From Bacilli bacterium (GTDB lineage: Bacteria; Bacillota_I; Bacilli_A; RFN20; CAG-826): DNA of 64,000 nucleotides. Under the pieces are notes generated by a model that ran no database searches, was not told where the DNA came from, and worked only from the letters and a program-made list of their open reading frames with translations. The position numbers and the translations under genes are program-made. The stretch lies in contig JBGUMU010000031.1 in assembly GCA_045116995.1 (NCBI GenBank), forward strand, positions 6,108 through 70,107, written 5' to 3'. Shown here piece after piece: positions 30,348 to 38,398 of the stretch; the stretch's first letter is position 1, and each line of letters starts with the position of its first letter.

Positions 30348-31232
30348 ATGAAAGATTTCGTATTAATTGACAGTTCAAAAATTGAAAAAGCTCTTTCTGA
30401 ATCAACTAGAGAATATCTTGTTGGTGATTTAAAAAAGCCTCAAAAATTGGATTTTATTAAAACAAGCGAATTAGAAGTTGGAATATCAAATTATCATCAT
30501 AGCAAAGTTGAACCAGCGCATACTCATACTGTTTGCAATGAATATCAATACATGCTTTCCGGTTATACGGAATATTTGAATATAGATAATGGTATTATCC
30601 ATAGTTTTAAGAAAGGCGACTTCTTCTTTATCCCGAGTGGTGTGAAATATGTCCAAAGGGTTAAAGAAAACACAAGAATTCTTTTTATCAAAGTACCATC
30701 GAAAAACGATAAAGTATTGCTTCAAGAAACCCCCGAAATCCTAAAGTTCATTTCGGAAAAAATAGAAAGTCATCGTATTGATTATTTCCATGATGATAAC
30801 GCTCCAAGGGCAAACTCTATTAGGCCCGCAACAGCGGTGGCTTTAGTAAAAGACAACAAGGTCCTAATGATTAGAAGAAAAGACAATGATAAATGGTCAC
30901 TTCCTGGAGGCACACTAGAGTTTGACGAGACAATGGAAGAATGCGCCATTCGTGAAATGAAAGAAGAAACAGGATTAGATGTTTTCGACCTCCGCTTTTT
31001 TAGACTATATAATGATCCAAAAACTGTTGTTCAATATTTAGATGGCGAAGTAAGAAGAGAGTTTACTGCCGTATATTTTGCTTCATTTAAGGAATCTAAT
31101 GTTTTATTGGATTCTGAATCTAAGGAGTTTTGCTGGGTTAATGTTGATGAATTATTAAATTTAACAATGGCCAATTCTCAACGAATTAGAATTAAAGATC
31201 TTATTGAGTATTTGAGAAATGATAAAGATTAG
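30348..31232 (+). CDS. Cupin - NUDIX hydrolase fusion protein
   Basis: Cupin motif HTHTVCNEYQYMLSG (HxHx4Ex6G) plus GDFFFIPSG. Perfect Nudix box GTLEFDETMEECAIREMKEETGL (GX5EX7REUXEEXGU). Starts 3 nt after the TIR-STAND stop. Confidence 0.85.
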   Translation: MKDFVLIDSSKIEKALSESTREYLVGDLKKPQKLDFIKTSELEVGISNYHHSKVEPAHTHTVCNEYQYMLSGYTEYLNIDNGIIHSFKKGDFFFIPSGVKYVQRVKENTRILFIKVPSKNDKVLLQETPEILKFISEKIESHRIDYFHDDNAPRANSIRPATAVALVKDNKVLMIRRKDNDKWSLPGGTLEFDETMEECAIREMKEETGLDVFDLRFFRLYNDPKTVVQYLDGEVRREFTAVYFASFKESNVLLDSESKEFCWVNVDELLNLTMANSQRIRIKDLIEYLRNDKD

Positions 31233-31638
31233 TGAAGACAGATTAAAACATTCTCTTTCTGTTGCGCGCTTAATGGAAAGAAGGGCTAGAGAAAAAGGCT
31301 GGGATGACAACGTGTGCCGTGAAATGTTCATTTTGGGATATTTGCACGATATCGGTTATGAATATTCAGAAAAACAAGAAGAACATCCTCATATCGGCGG
31401 TCTTTTGATGAAAGAAAGCGGCTATAAGTATTGGAAAGAGATATATTATCACGGTGCTATTGATTGTGAGTATCATTCAGAAGAACTAGAACTATTAAAT
31501 ATATGTGACATGCTCATTAATTCAAAGGGTGAACTTGTGACTCCAGAAGAAAGATTAGCAGACATTAAAAATAGATACGGCATTGATTCAATACAATACA
31601 AAGATGCTTTGGTATTGATAAAACAATTAAATATCTAA
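31219..31638 (+). CDS. Small HD-domain phosphohydrolase (YqeK/HDIG-like minimal HD)
   Basis: H11 ... LHDIGY (H43 D44) ... HPHIGG ... H78 ... D97 spacing of the HD superfamily. Overlaps the NUDIX gene by 14 nt. Confidence 0.7.
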   Translation: MIKISEDRLKHSLSVARLMERRAREKGWDDNVCREMFILGYLHDIGYEYSEKQEEHPHIGGLLMKESGYKYWKEIYYHGAIDCEYHSEELELLNICDMLINSKGELVTPEERLADIKNRYGIDSIQYKDALVLIKQLNI

Positions 31639-31655
31639 AAGGTCCTAGTGAATCG

Positions 31656-32465
31656 TTGTTTATGTCAAAAGAAGTAGTCTATATTTTCATATCTCACTCT
31701 CACTATGACGTTGATAAAGTAAGACCAATTAGGAATTATTTGGAATCAATTGGAGCTGAGCCAATTCTTTTCTTTTTGAAAAGTAAAACCGACGCCGATG
31801 AAATAGAACAACTAATTAAAGACGAAATAGATGCTAGGGTTTGGTTTATTTATTGCAGATCATCAAATGCCGAAAGGTCGACTTGGGTCAAAAAAGAGCG
31901 AGAATACGTCAGACTCAAAGGAAAACGCAACATTACAATAGATATAGATTCATGTCTTGATTCAAATGGCAATTTAACATTAGAAACTAAGCAAAAACTA
32001 AATACCGTAGTGGGCAATTTCCGCTCACTTCAAAGACTCTATATTTCCTATTCTCATTTAGATTTTGAAGTTGCTAGAATGATTCAAGAACAACTGAGTA
32101 TATATGGCATAGACTCCTATTGTGACTTTAAAGATTTGGTTTCATCTAACTTTGAAAAAACAATCATTAGAGCAATTCAACAATCGCGGTTTTATCTCAT
32201 CCTTTTATCGGTAAGATCAATTAATTCTCTATGGGTTCGAAAAGAGTTTGAAACCGCCAAAGCTTTCAACAAAGAAATAATACCAGTGATTATGTACAGC
32301 AGTGATAGTCAACGAGAAATGATAATGAACAATGAATGGGCTTATCGTCACTTGGGATATATGCACTGCATCACGTTTGATATATCAAATAGCGAAATGA
32401 TTAATGAATCTACTAATCAACTTGTCAACGAATTGATAAGAATTGTTTTTGATGAGAATCAATGA
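31656..32465 (+). CDS. Tandem TIR-domain protein (two TIR_2-like modules)
   Basis: Module 1: VYIFISHSHYD...ILFFLK...VWFIYCRSSNAERSTWVKKEREY. Module 2: LYISYSHLDFEVA...FYLILLSVRSINSLWVRKEFETA. The likely start is ATG 31662. Confidence 0.75.
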   Translation: MFMSKEVVYIFISHSHYDVDKVRPIRNYLESIGAEPILFFLKSKTDADEIEQLIKDEIDARVWFIYCRSSNAERSTWVKKEREYVRLKGKRNITIDIDSCLDSNGNLTLETKQKLNTVVGNFRSLQRLYISYSHLDFEVARMIQEQLSIYGIDSYCDFKDLVSSNFEKTIIRAIQQSRFYLILLSVRSINSLWVRKEFETAKAFNKEIIPVIMYSSDSQREMIMNNEWAYRHLGYMHCITFDISNSEMINESTNQLVNELIRIVFDENQ

Positions 32466-32618
32466 TAAATGTGATTCTCTTAAACAGCTTCTTGGTCCGT
32501 CAATAGATTGGATATTACATAAAAAAGATATAGAATGATAATAAATCGAAACTTACGACATTTTTATCTAGTTATTTTTGTGTACCAAAACAGTCTTGAT
32601 CAAGGCAGGAAGAAAACA

Positions 32619-33443
32619 ATGAAAACAATTCTTAAAAATATTTTTAAATTATTAGCTATTGCTACTATCGTTGTACAAATTGTTTTTCTATTCTTGCCTA
32701 TTGACCAAGTTTGGCAATTAGTTATATCAATATTCCCTTTCGTTTTTGAAATTGCTGCAGGCATTTTAGAAATAGATACTGTAAAGGCAGATACCGGCAA
32801 ATCAAAGAGTGGCAAAAGAGTCATTCCTCTATCTTCTTTAATTATGTCTCTAATTATGCTTTGTCTAGCCGCTGTTATTGTGGATGTATTAATCGGCACC
32901 GTTTTAATAGTTATTTCATTTGTTGTTTCATTTATCTTGTACAACAGTTATCGCAAAAGAGGATTACAAACTAAGATTAGCCCTTTGCAACGTTTCTTTA
33001 TTATACTTGCTCTCATCATTCTTCCTGTTGCCCAATATATTAAAATTTTATTAACAGTTGTAGAACAAAATAGAGGACCTGCTTCTATTATGTTTGGCAT
33101 ACAATTTGGACTATGCTTAATTGCCACGATTATTATCATTATTTGCTTAAGAAAAAAGAGCAATCCAATGAGATATTTCTTAGTATTCTTCGCTAATGGC
33201 GTTGGAACATTCCTAACATATTTTTTAAATGGTAACGGTGTCTTTGGACTAATTAATATTACTCTTTCATTTGCTGGCCCAGCTTTGTTTGCTTCTTTAG
33301 CTGCTTTAGGGACTATTGTTATCCTATACGTTGTAGGCAGATTACCAATAAATATTGTCGAAAAGTCTGACTTCTCAGAGATAGAAAATTTCGATGACGG
33401 TAATAACAATAATAATCCTTATCAAAACACATACGTTAAATAG
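32619..33443 (+). CDS. Polytopic membrane protein (about 8 TM helices), unknown function
   Basis: ATG 32619 is preceded by AGGAAG. Hydrophobic helices run throughout, with an Asn-rich hydrophilic tail. Co-directional with flanking genes. The ORF track extends it to 32535. Confidence 0.6.
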   Translation: MKTILKNIFKLLAIATIVVQIVFLFLPIDQVWQLVISIFPFVFEIAAGILEIDTVKADTGKSKSGKRVIPLSSLIMSLIMLCLAAVIVDVLIGTVLIVISFVVSFILYNSYRKRGLQTKISPLQRFFIILALIILPVAQYIKILLTVVEQNRGPASIMFGIQFGLCLIATIIIIICLRKKSNPMRYFLVFFANGVGTFLTYFLNGNGVFGLINITLSFAGPALFASLAALGTIVILYVVGRLPINIVEKSDFSEIENFDDGNNNNNPYQNTYVK

Positions 33444-33508
33444 ATATTCTATTGATATACTTATGTAAATAAGCTACTCTAAAATCAAATAGGAGACATA
33501 TTGCAATT

Positions 33509-33946
33509 ATGAGTGATTATTCTTTTCGTGATTTTTTAAATCATACGATAAATCTAAGCCCAGCGGACAAGGTTAAAATCGCAAGCGAAGCTTTGAAAAT
33601 TTACATCGATTACTTGAAATCTGATGGAATTAATGATGAAAAAATAGGTGACTCTATTTTGTGGATGACAAAATTATTTGTTTCCGCTGATGTGAGACTT
33701 GCTAAGGATGAATACGATTTCTTTAGAGCGGTCACGGGTATAGATGTCGATGCAAAGAATTTCTATGAAATTACTAACGGTGGTGCTGATCCTGAATTCA
33801 TTGAAAAAATGTTAGGCTTTATCAAAAGCATACCCGAAAAACCACGCGAAGCCGCTGTTACATACGGCATGATGGTTATGGCGTGCGACGAAAACATTGA
33901 TTTCAGTGAATCTGATTTAATCAAACGTCTTTTAGAAATCTTATAA
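33509..33946 (+). CDS. Small helical protein, TerB-like (tentative); paralog of the next gene
   Basis: KLFVSADVRLAKDEYDFF, TNGGADPEF, ACDENIDFSESDLIKRLL. The two AD-x-x-x-x-E-like segments resemble the TerB/DjlA_N pattern. RBS AGGAGA. Confidence 0.4.
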   Translation: MSDYSFRDFLNHTINLSPADKVKIASEALKIYIDYLKSDGINDEKIGDSILWMTKLFVSADVRLAKDEYDFFRAVTGIDVDAKNFYEITNGGADPEFIEKMLGFIKSIPEKPREAAVTYGMMVMACDENIDFSESDLIKRLLEIL

Positions 33947-33954
33947 AGTAATTT

Positions 33955-34395
33955 ATGACACAAGACCTTAGAGATACATTACAAGGGCTATTGGATACAG
34001 AAGACGAATTAAAAAGAAGTTATGGCAAAAAAGCCATTGATGAACTAATAGCTAATCTTAAGTTTAAGGGCCATAGAATCGACTCAATCAATGCCTTTAT
34101 TACTGACTTAGTTAAGTTACTCGTGTCCGCCGATATGACATGCCACGGAAGAGAATATGATTTTGTTATGTCTACTACTCCACTAAAAATGAACGAAAGA
34201 GAATTCTTTAAGACAACTAATGGTGGTGCAGATCCAAATTTTAAATATCATATATATCAATTCATCTCCAATTTAGATAAAGATTCTTTTGTGCGAGTAG
34301 CAAGATTTGCGTCTGCATTTTTTGCTTATGATGATGAAATAACAACAGATGAACTAATAGTGTTGGATGAAATATTAAGAGTTAATGAAGGATAG
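33955..34395 (+). CDS. Small helical protein, TerB-like (tentative); paralog of the previous gene
   Basis: KLLVSADMTCHGREYDFV, TNGGADPNF, AYDDEITTDELIVLDEIL. Same spacing of shared motifs as 33509-33946. Confidence 0.4.
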   Translation: MTQDLRDTLQGLLDTEDELKRSYGKKAIDELIANLKFKGHRIDSINAFITDLVKLLVSADMTCHGREYDFVMSTTPLKMNEREFFKTTNGGADPNFKYHIYQFISNLDKDSFVRVARFASAFFAYDDEITTDELIVLDEILRVNEG

Positions 34396-35355
34396 GTGAA
34401 CAACATGGCCAACAAAATATTAAAACACTATGATGCCTTTTATAATATGGTGCTCCTCACCACATTATTATCTAATGTCGCTGACGAGAAGTTTGATGAA
34501 GACGCAAAAAAGATTATCGAAGTCATTGGTCAAGCTTATGAATTAGAAGAAGGAATCATCAATGAATGTGAAAGGCTTATTACGGAAGAACTAGTCATTA
34601 TTCCGCGCAATAAGGATCGTATGAAATATCTCGAGAAGCAGGGCAATGAAGCAAAGAGTAATTCTTTGAATGCTATGCTATCAATTAAATGCGATGTTTT
34701 ATTTGCTATTAGTGAGCTTAACAGAAGAATTGGCTCATCCTTAGATGGTGATTGGTTTGACTATAGTAACTACCACACCTACAACCCAGAATTAAGATAT
34801 TCGCAAATTAGAAAAGCTGCGGTCACTGGCGATCTCATTGTTAATAAGATGAATGCAATGATGAATTATATCGGTCTAGGCTCCAATAAAGATGAGGCTT
34901 TTGCCATTTTATCTTTCAGACAATGTGCGGTATGGGGAGATATGTTCTCTGTTAATATGCTCAAACATATCTATCGCAGTAAAGATATTAAACAATATGA
35001 GATATATAAAGATTTAGCGACCCTAGATAAATATCTAGATAATGGTGTAACTGTCTTACCAGATAATGTCGCTACTTCTATTAAACCAGAAACCAAAGAA
35101 TTATACGCTTATATTTCATCAATCAAACAAGATATTATTCTACCTCTAGGTAAGAATAGAATCGATTACTCATTCGTGGAAGTCATTCTTTTGAAAGATC
35201 TTTCGTATCGTCAAAAGATGTTCTATATCAACAATTACTCCAATCCTAATGTCACTAACGAATGGAAAGATATTACCAACGCCAGTGCGTGTAAGGATGC
35301 ACAGATTGGTTTTAAAGTAAGGAGAGAAAACAATGATAAAGAAACCGTTTTATGA
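34396..35355 (+). CDS. Hypothetical protein with Sel1/TPR-like repeat region
   Basis: IRKAAVTGDLIVNKMNAMMNYIGLGSNKDEAFAILSFRQCAVWGDMFSVNMLKHIY fits the Sel1 repeat pattern (kAA..Gd..A...L...Y..G.G...d..eA). Start is GTG 34396 or ATG 34405. Confidence 0.45.
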   Translation: MNNMANKILKHYDAFYNMVLLTTLLSNVADEKFDEDAKKIIEVIGQAYELEEGIINECERLITEELVIIPRNKDRMKYLEKQGNEAKSNSLNAMLSIKCDVLFAISELNRRIGSSLDGDWFDYSNYHTYNPELRYSQIRKAAVTGDLIVNKMNAMMNYIGLGSNKDEAFAILSFRQCAVWGDMFSVNMLKHIYRSKDIKQYEIYKDLATLDKYLDNGVTVLPDNVATSIKPETKELYAYISSIKQDIILPLGKNRIDYSFVEVILLKDLSYRQKMFYINNYSNPNVTNEWKDITNASACKDAQIGFKVRRENNDKETVL

Positions 35356-37288
35356 TAAAACTCGCGATGATTATATCGCTTGTAAAAAAGAAAACTCCTC
35401 TCTTTATAGTTACAAAGATTTTAAAGATAAAAAACTTAAAGTCTATTTCTACGATGAACTATACAAGACTGAAGCCCAAGGCTATCCATTTAGTAGTGAC
35501 TTCGTTGATGAAAATGGCAATGCTTATGACTTTGATAGTTATGAAGAATTAAGTGATGAAGAAAAGGCAAAATGTCGCTTAAGATATTTCTATTTACCTT
35601 TCTATCACGAAATGTATGTTGGTACCACCGGTAGTGGTAAAACAACAGGCTGTTTAGAACCTCAAATTAGGGCTATTGGTTCACAAAAGAATAAACCTAA
35701 TATCTTTGTGACTGACCCTAAAGGTGAACTATTTGATCATCACGCTACATTCTTAAAGAAGAAAGGTTACAACGTCTTTATTCTTAATTTCAAAGATCCA
35801 TCTATCTCCAATTCATGGAATCCATTTGATGAATTATATGATAAGCAAGTATCTTTGATTGACCTCGGTAAAGACTATCAGCTATGCCACGGTTTAGTTC
35901 CTGATGGTGTCAGAATGTTTGATGACAAGACTAAATATCAAAGAACATATTACATGCTTGATGGTATTGCTTTCGCAACTTTGAGTTCGTTAAGCCAATA
36001 TGTAGAAAATCAAAGGTTTACCATTAAGTCAGAAGTCTCATCTTTGATTAACCAAATATCAAGCACAATGATTCCACCTATTCCAGGGGATAAAGATCCT
36101 ATCTGGAGAGATGGTTCTAGAGATTTATTAAGTGGCATCATCTCCGGCTTATTAGAAGAAGCTGTTAAACCTAATACAACATTCACTAAAAAGATGATGA
36201 CATTAAAAACAGTTAATGATGTCTATCTTAAGATTAATGATGGTCAAAACAACAGTCATGAATTTGATATAGTCCATGAGTTCTTTGAAGAAAAATCAAC
36301 AGAAACACTTAGTAAAGTTACAACAGTATTGGATTCCGCTGATAAGACTAGAGCGTCTTTCTTAAGTTGCTTTAGAGCAGCGGTCGCTGATTGGATGCAT
36401 GGACACATACTTAAATTAACGGCCGAAACCACAATTGATTTAGATGACTCTAAAAATCCATTCGCTGTATTCTTTGTCACTAGAGATTATGAAAGCAGTG
36501 ATGATTTAGTAGCGTCCTTATTCATTAACTGGGTCTACACACAGGTATTAAAGAAAGTTGAAAGAATTAGAAATAATAATCCATCCGCTAAAGTAAGAGA
36601 TACACACTTCTTATTAGATGAATTTGCTAATATTCCACAAATCCATGACTTTAGAAGAAAGATTGCAACTGCAAGAAGTAGAAACATTTGGTTCCATATC
36701 ATCATCCAAAACTACTCACAGTTGAATGCTATTTATGGTGATGAAGTTGCTTCAACTATTTGGGATAACTGTAATTCACAAGTATTCCTAGGATGTCAAT
36801 CTAGGGAAACAAAAGAAAAGTTCTCTAAAGAATGCGGCATGATGACCGTTAATGGAGAAGATGCGGGTGGCAGTGAAGTTGAAACCATACCAGTAGTTCG
36901 TATCTCCGACTTAGACAAGATTAAGCCAGGCACCATGTATATTAAGCGCATATACACTAATGTCATTAAAGGCGGTTATATTAGAAGCTATCAAGCTACA
37001 AGATTCTTTGAAGATATGTATGGCACTGATCCATTACATACTCTTGTTCCATTTAATAATACCGATATTAATGAGCCATCAAGAACATTCTATGAAATGT
37101 GCCCACGATGGTATAAAAAGCCTAAAAAGCCCGCCCCAGTAGTGGAACGATTTGAAGAAGAAGACGAAGAGGAAGATGACTCTAGTGGAGATGCTGTTGA
37201 TCAATTCTTCCAGAAATTGAAAGAAGAACAGCAAAGAGAAAATCCTGAATTATATGCTCCACTTAAGAAGAAAGGAGATAAGAGATAA
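35333..37288 (+). CDS. Soluble VirD4/TraG-family (type IV coupling-protein-like, FtsK/HerA-superfamily) ATPase with acidic C-terminal tail
   Basis: Walker A VGTTGSGKTTG, FVTDPKGEL, NSWNPFD, Walker B HFLLDEFANIPQI, RSRNIWFHIIIQNYSQL. No N-terminal TM helices. Tail EEEDEEEDDSSGD. RBS AAGGAGAG. Confidence 0.8.
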   Translation: MIKKPFYDKTRDDYIACKKENSSLYSYKDFKDKKLKVYFYDELYKTEAQGYPFSSDFVDENGNAYDFDSYEELSDEEKAKCRLRYFYLPFYHEMYVGTTGSGKTTGCLEPQIRAIGSQKNKPNIFVTDPKGELFDHHATFLKKKGYNVFILNFKDPSISNSWNPFDELYDKQVSLIDLGKDYQLCHGLVPDGVRMFDDKTKYQRTYYMLDGIAFATLSSLSQYVENQRFTIKSEVSSLINQISSTMIPPIPGDKDPIWRDGSRDLLSGIISGLLEEAVKPNTTFTKKMMTLKTVNDVYLKINDGQNNSHEFDIVHEFFEEKSTETLSKVTTVLDSADKTRASFLSCFRAAVADWMHGHILKLTAETTIDLDDSKNPFAVFFVTRDYESSDDLVASLFINWVYTQVLKKVERIRNNNPSAKVRDTHFLLDEFANIPQIHDFRRKIATARSRNIWFHIIIQNYSQLNAIYGDEVASTIWDNCNSQVFLGCQSRETKEKFSKECGMMTVNGEDAGGSEVETIPVVRISDLDKIKPGTMYIKRIYTNVIKGGYIRSYQATRFFEDMYGTDPLHTLVPFNNTDINEPSRTFYEMCPRWYKKPKKPAPVVERFEEEDEEEDDSSGDAVDQFFQKLKEEQQRENPELYAPLKKKGDKR

Positions 37289-37824
37289 TGGAAGAAAAGA
37301 AATTATCCGAAAAGCTTATTGAAAACGGCATCTTTGTTATCACAAGCAATATTAACGAAGAAACCACTCATAGTTTGATATTCTCGCTTTTAGATTTCAG
37401 TGCATCTAATCCTGAAAAAGAGATTAAACTATACATCTCTTCAGGCAGTGTTGACTATCTTAATGTTTTTGCGATTTATGATGTTGTTAAATCATTACCT
37501 AATCCCGTATCCACTTATTCAATAGGTGGTGTATCTGATATGTCACTAGTCTTCCCATGCTTAGGAAACAAAGGAAAAAGATATGCCTTAGAAAACACAT
37601 TATTCTATTTCTCTGAAGTAGTGGGCGTTCTTGGCGAAGGCCAACAAACTGATATTGAAATATTAGCGAAAGATACAATGCGTACAAGAATTGCTTTTGA
37701 ATCAATATTAGCGGAAGCAACAGGAAAGAAAGTCGAAGATATTCATAAAGATTTAGTTAATAGTATTAAATTGACTGCAAAAGAGGCTAAAGAATATGGA
37801 TTGATTGATGAGGTGATGAGATAA
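37288..37824 (+). CDS. ClpP-fold protein lacking the catalytic triad (ClpR-like pseudo-protease)
   Basis: Collinear with ClpP (NPEKEIKLYISSGS..IYD....P.VSTYSIGG...KGKRYAL.N...AKEAKEYGLIDEV). The Ser, His and Asp positions read D84 (GGVSDMS), F108 (LFYFSE) and S (LVNSIKLT). Confidence 0.8.
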   Translation: MEEKKLSEKLIENGIFVITSNINEETTHSLIFSLLDFSASNPEKEIKLYISSGSVDYLNVFAIYDVVKSLPNPVSTYSIGGVSDMSLVFPCLGNKGKRYALENTLFYFSEVVGVLGEGQQTDIEILAKDTMRTRIAFESILAEATGKKVEDIHKDLVNSIKLTAKEAKEYGLIDEVMR

Positions 37825-37825
37825 T

Positions 37826-38347
37826 ATGGCACTTATTAAGAATTCTAGAATCGTTTCACTAAATGGTGAAGTAAACGAAATATCAGCATTAGAAGTCATT
37901 GTTCAAATGCTAGATCTTGACGCTAAAGATAATAAAGAACCAATCCACCTCTACATTAATAGTCCAGGTGGAAGCATCATTCATGGTTTAGCTATCTATG
38001 ACACAATCAACAACATTGAAGCCCCAGTATATACATATTGCTATGGTCTTGCAGCTTCTATGGGCGCGTTTCTATTATGCTGTGGTCAAAAAGGTCACAG
38101 ATACGCTCTTCCTAATTCAAGAATATTAATTCACCAACCTTTGATTTCCGGGCAAGCAAGGCTCGCTACCGAATCGAAGATTAGAGAACAAGCAGATGAT
38201 ATGAAAAAGATGAGAACAAAATTAGAAAGTATCATTGCAGAGCAATGCGATAAGAGTCTTGAAACAGTTCATAAAGACTGTGAGAGAGATAACTGGATGA
38301 GCGCTAAAGAAGCCAAAGAATACGGCCTCATAGATCAGGTATTATAA
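37826..38347 (+). CDS. ClpP-family serine protease, catalytic triad intact, N-terminal axial-loop region absent
   Basis: HLYINSPGGS, GLAASMGAFLL (Ser78), ILIHQP (His103), ERDNWMSAKEAKEYGLID (Asp155). It starts about 19 residues later than mature E. coli ClpP in my by-eye alignment. Confidence 0.85.
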   Translation: MALIKNSRIVSLNGEVNEISALEVIVQMLDLDAKDNKEPIHLYINSPGGSIIHGLAIYDTINNIEAPVYTYCYGLAASMGAFLLCCGQKGHRYALPNSRILIHQPLISGQARLATESKIREQADDMKKMRTKLESIIAEQCDKSLETVHKDCERDNWMSAKEAKEYGLIDQVL

Positions 38348-38368
38348 AAGTATCAAATACATATGAGA

Positions 38369-38398
38369 AAGCAGGAGTTAATCCTCCTGCTTCTTTTT
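38369..38398. terminator. Hairpin terminator between convergent genes (overlaps the 3' end of the minus-strand CDS)
   Basis: AAGCAGGAG-ttaatc-CTCCTGCTT 9-bp stem followed by CTTTTT on the plus strand. Confidence 0.65.

Noticed and set aside
32600-33409. Two minus-strand ORFs (114 and 153 aa) antisense to the polytopic membrane protein gene
   Set aside because: They are shadow ORFs of an AT-rich hydrophobic gene. The plus-strand frame is longer, is uninterrupted, has an RBS, gives regular TM helices and is co-directional with the operon. The same reasoning applies to the other short antisense ORFs in the track (for example 542-841, 4514-4729, 6450-6773, 10752-11027, 14741-14989, 25846-26154, 28271-28579, 38697-41408 plus-strand ORFs and 55441-56103).
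35333-37288. VirD4/TraG-like ATPase read as evidence of an integrative conjugative element
   Set aside because: There is no relaxase, VirB4, VirB6, pilin, integrase or oriT-like context anywhere in the 64 kb. The protein lacks the membrane anchor of genuine coupling proteins and is operonic with ClpP-like genes.
37288-38347. ClpP-like genes read as a prophage prohead (head-maturation) protease
   Set aside because: No portal, major capsid, terminase or other phage structural genes are adjacent. There are two paralogs, one of them inactive, which is not the usual phage arrangement.
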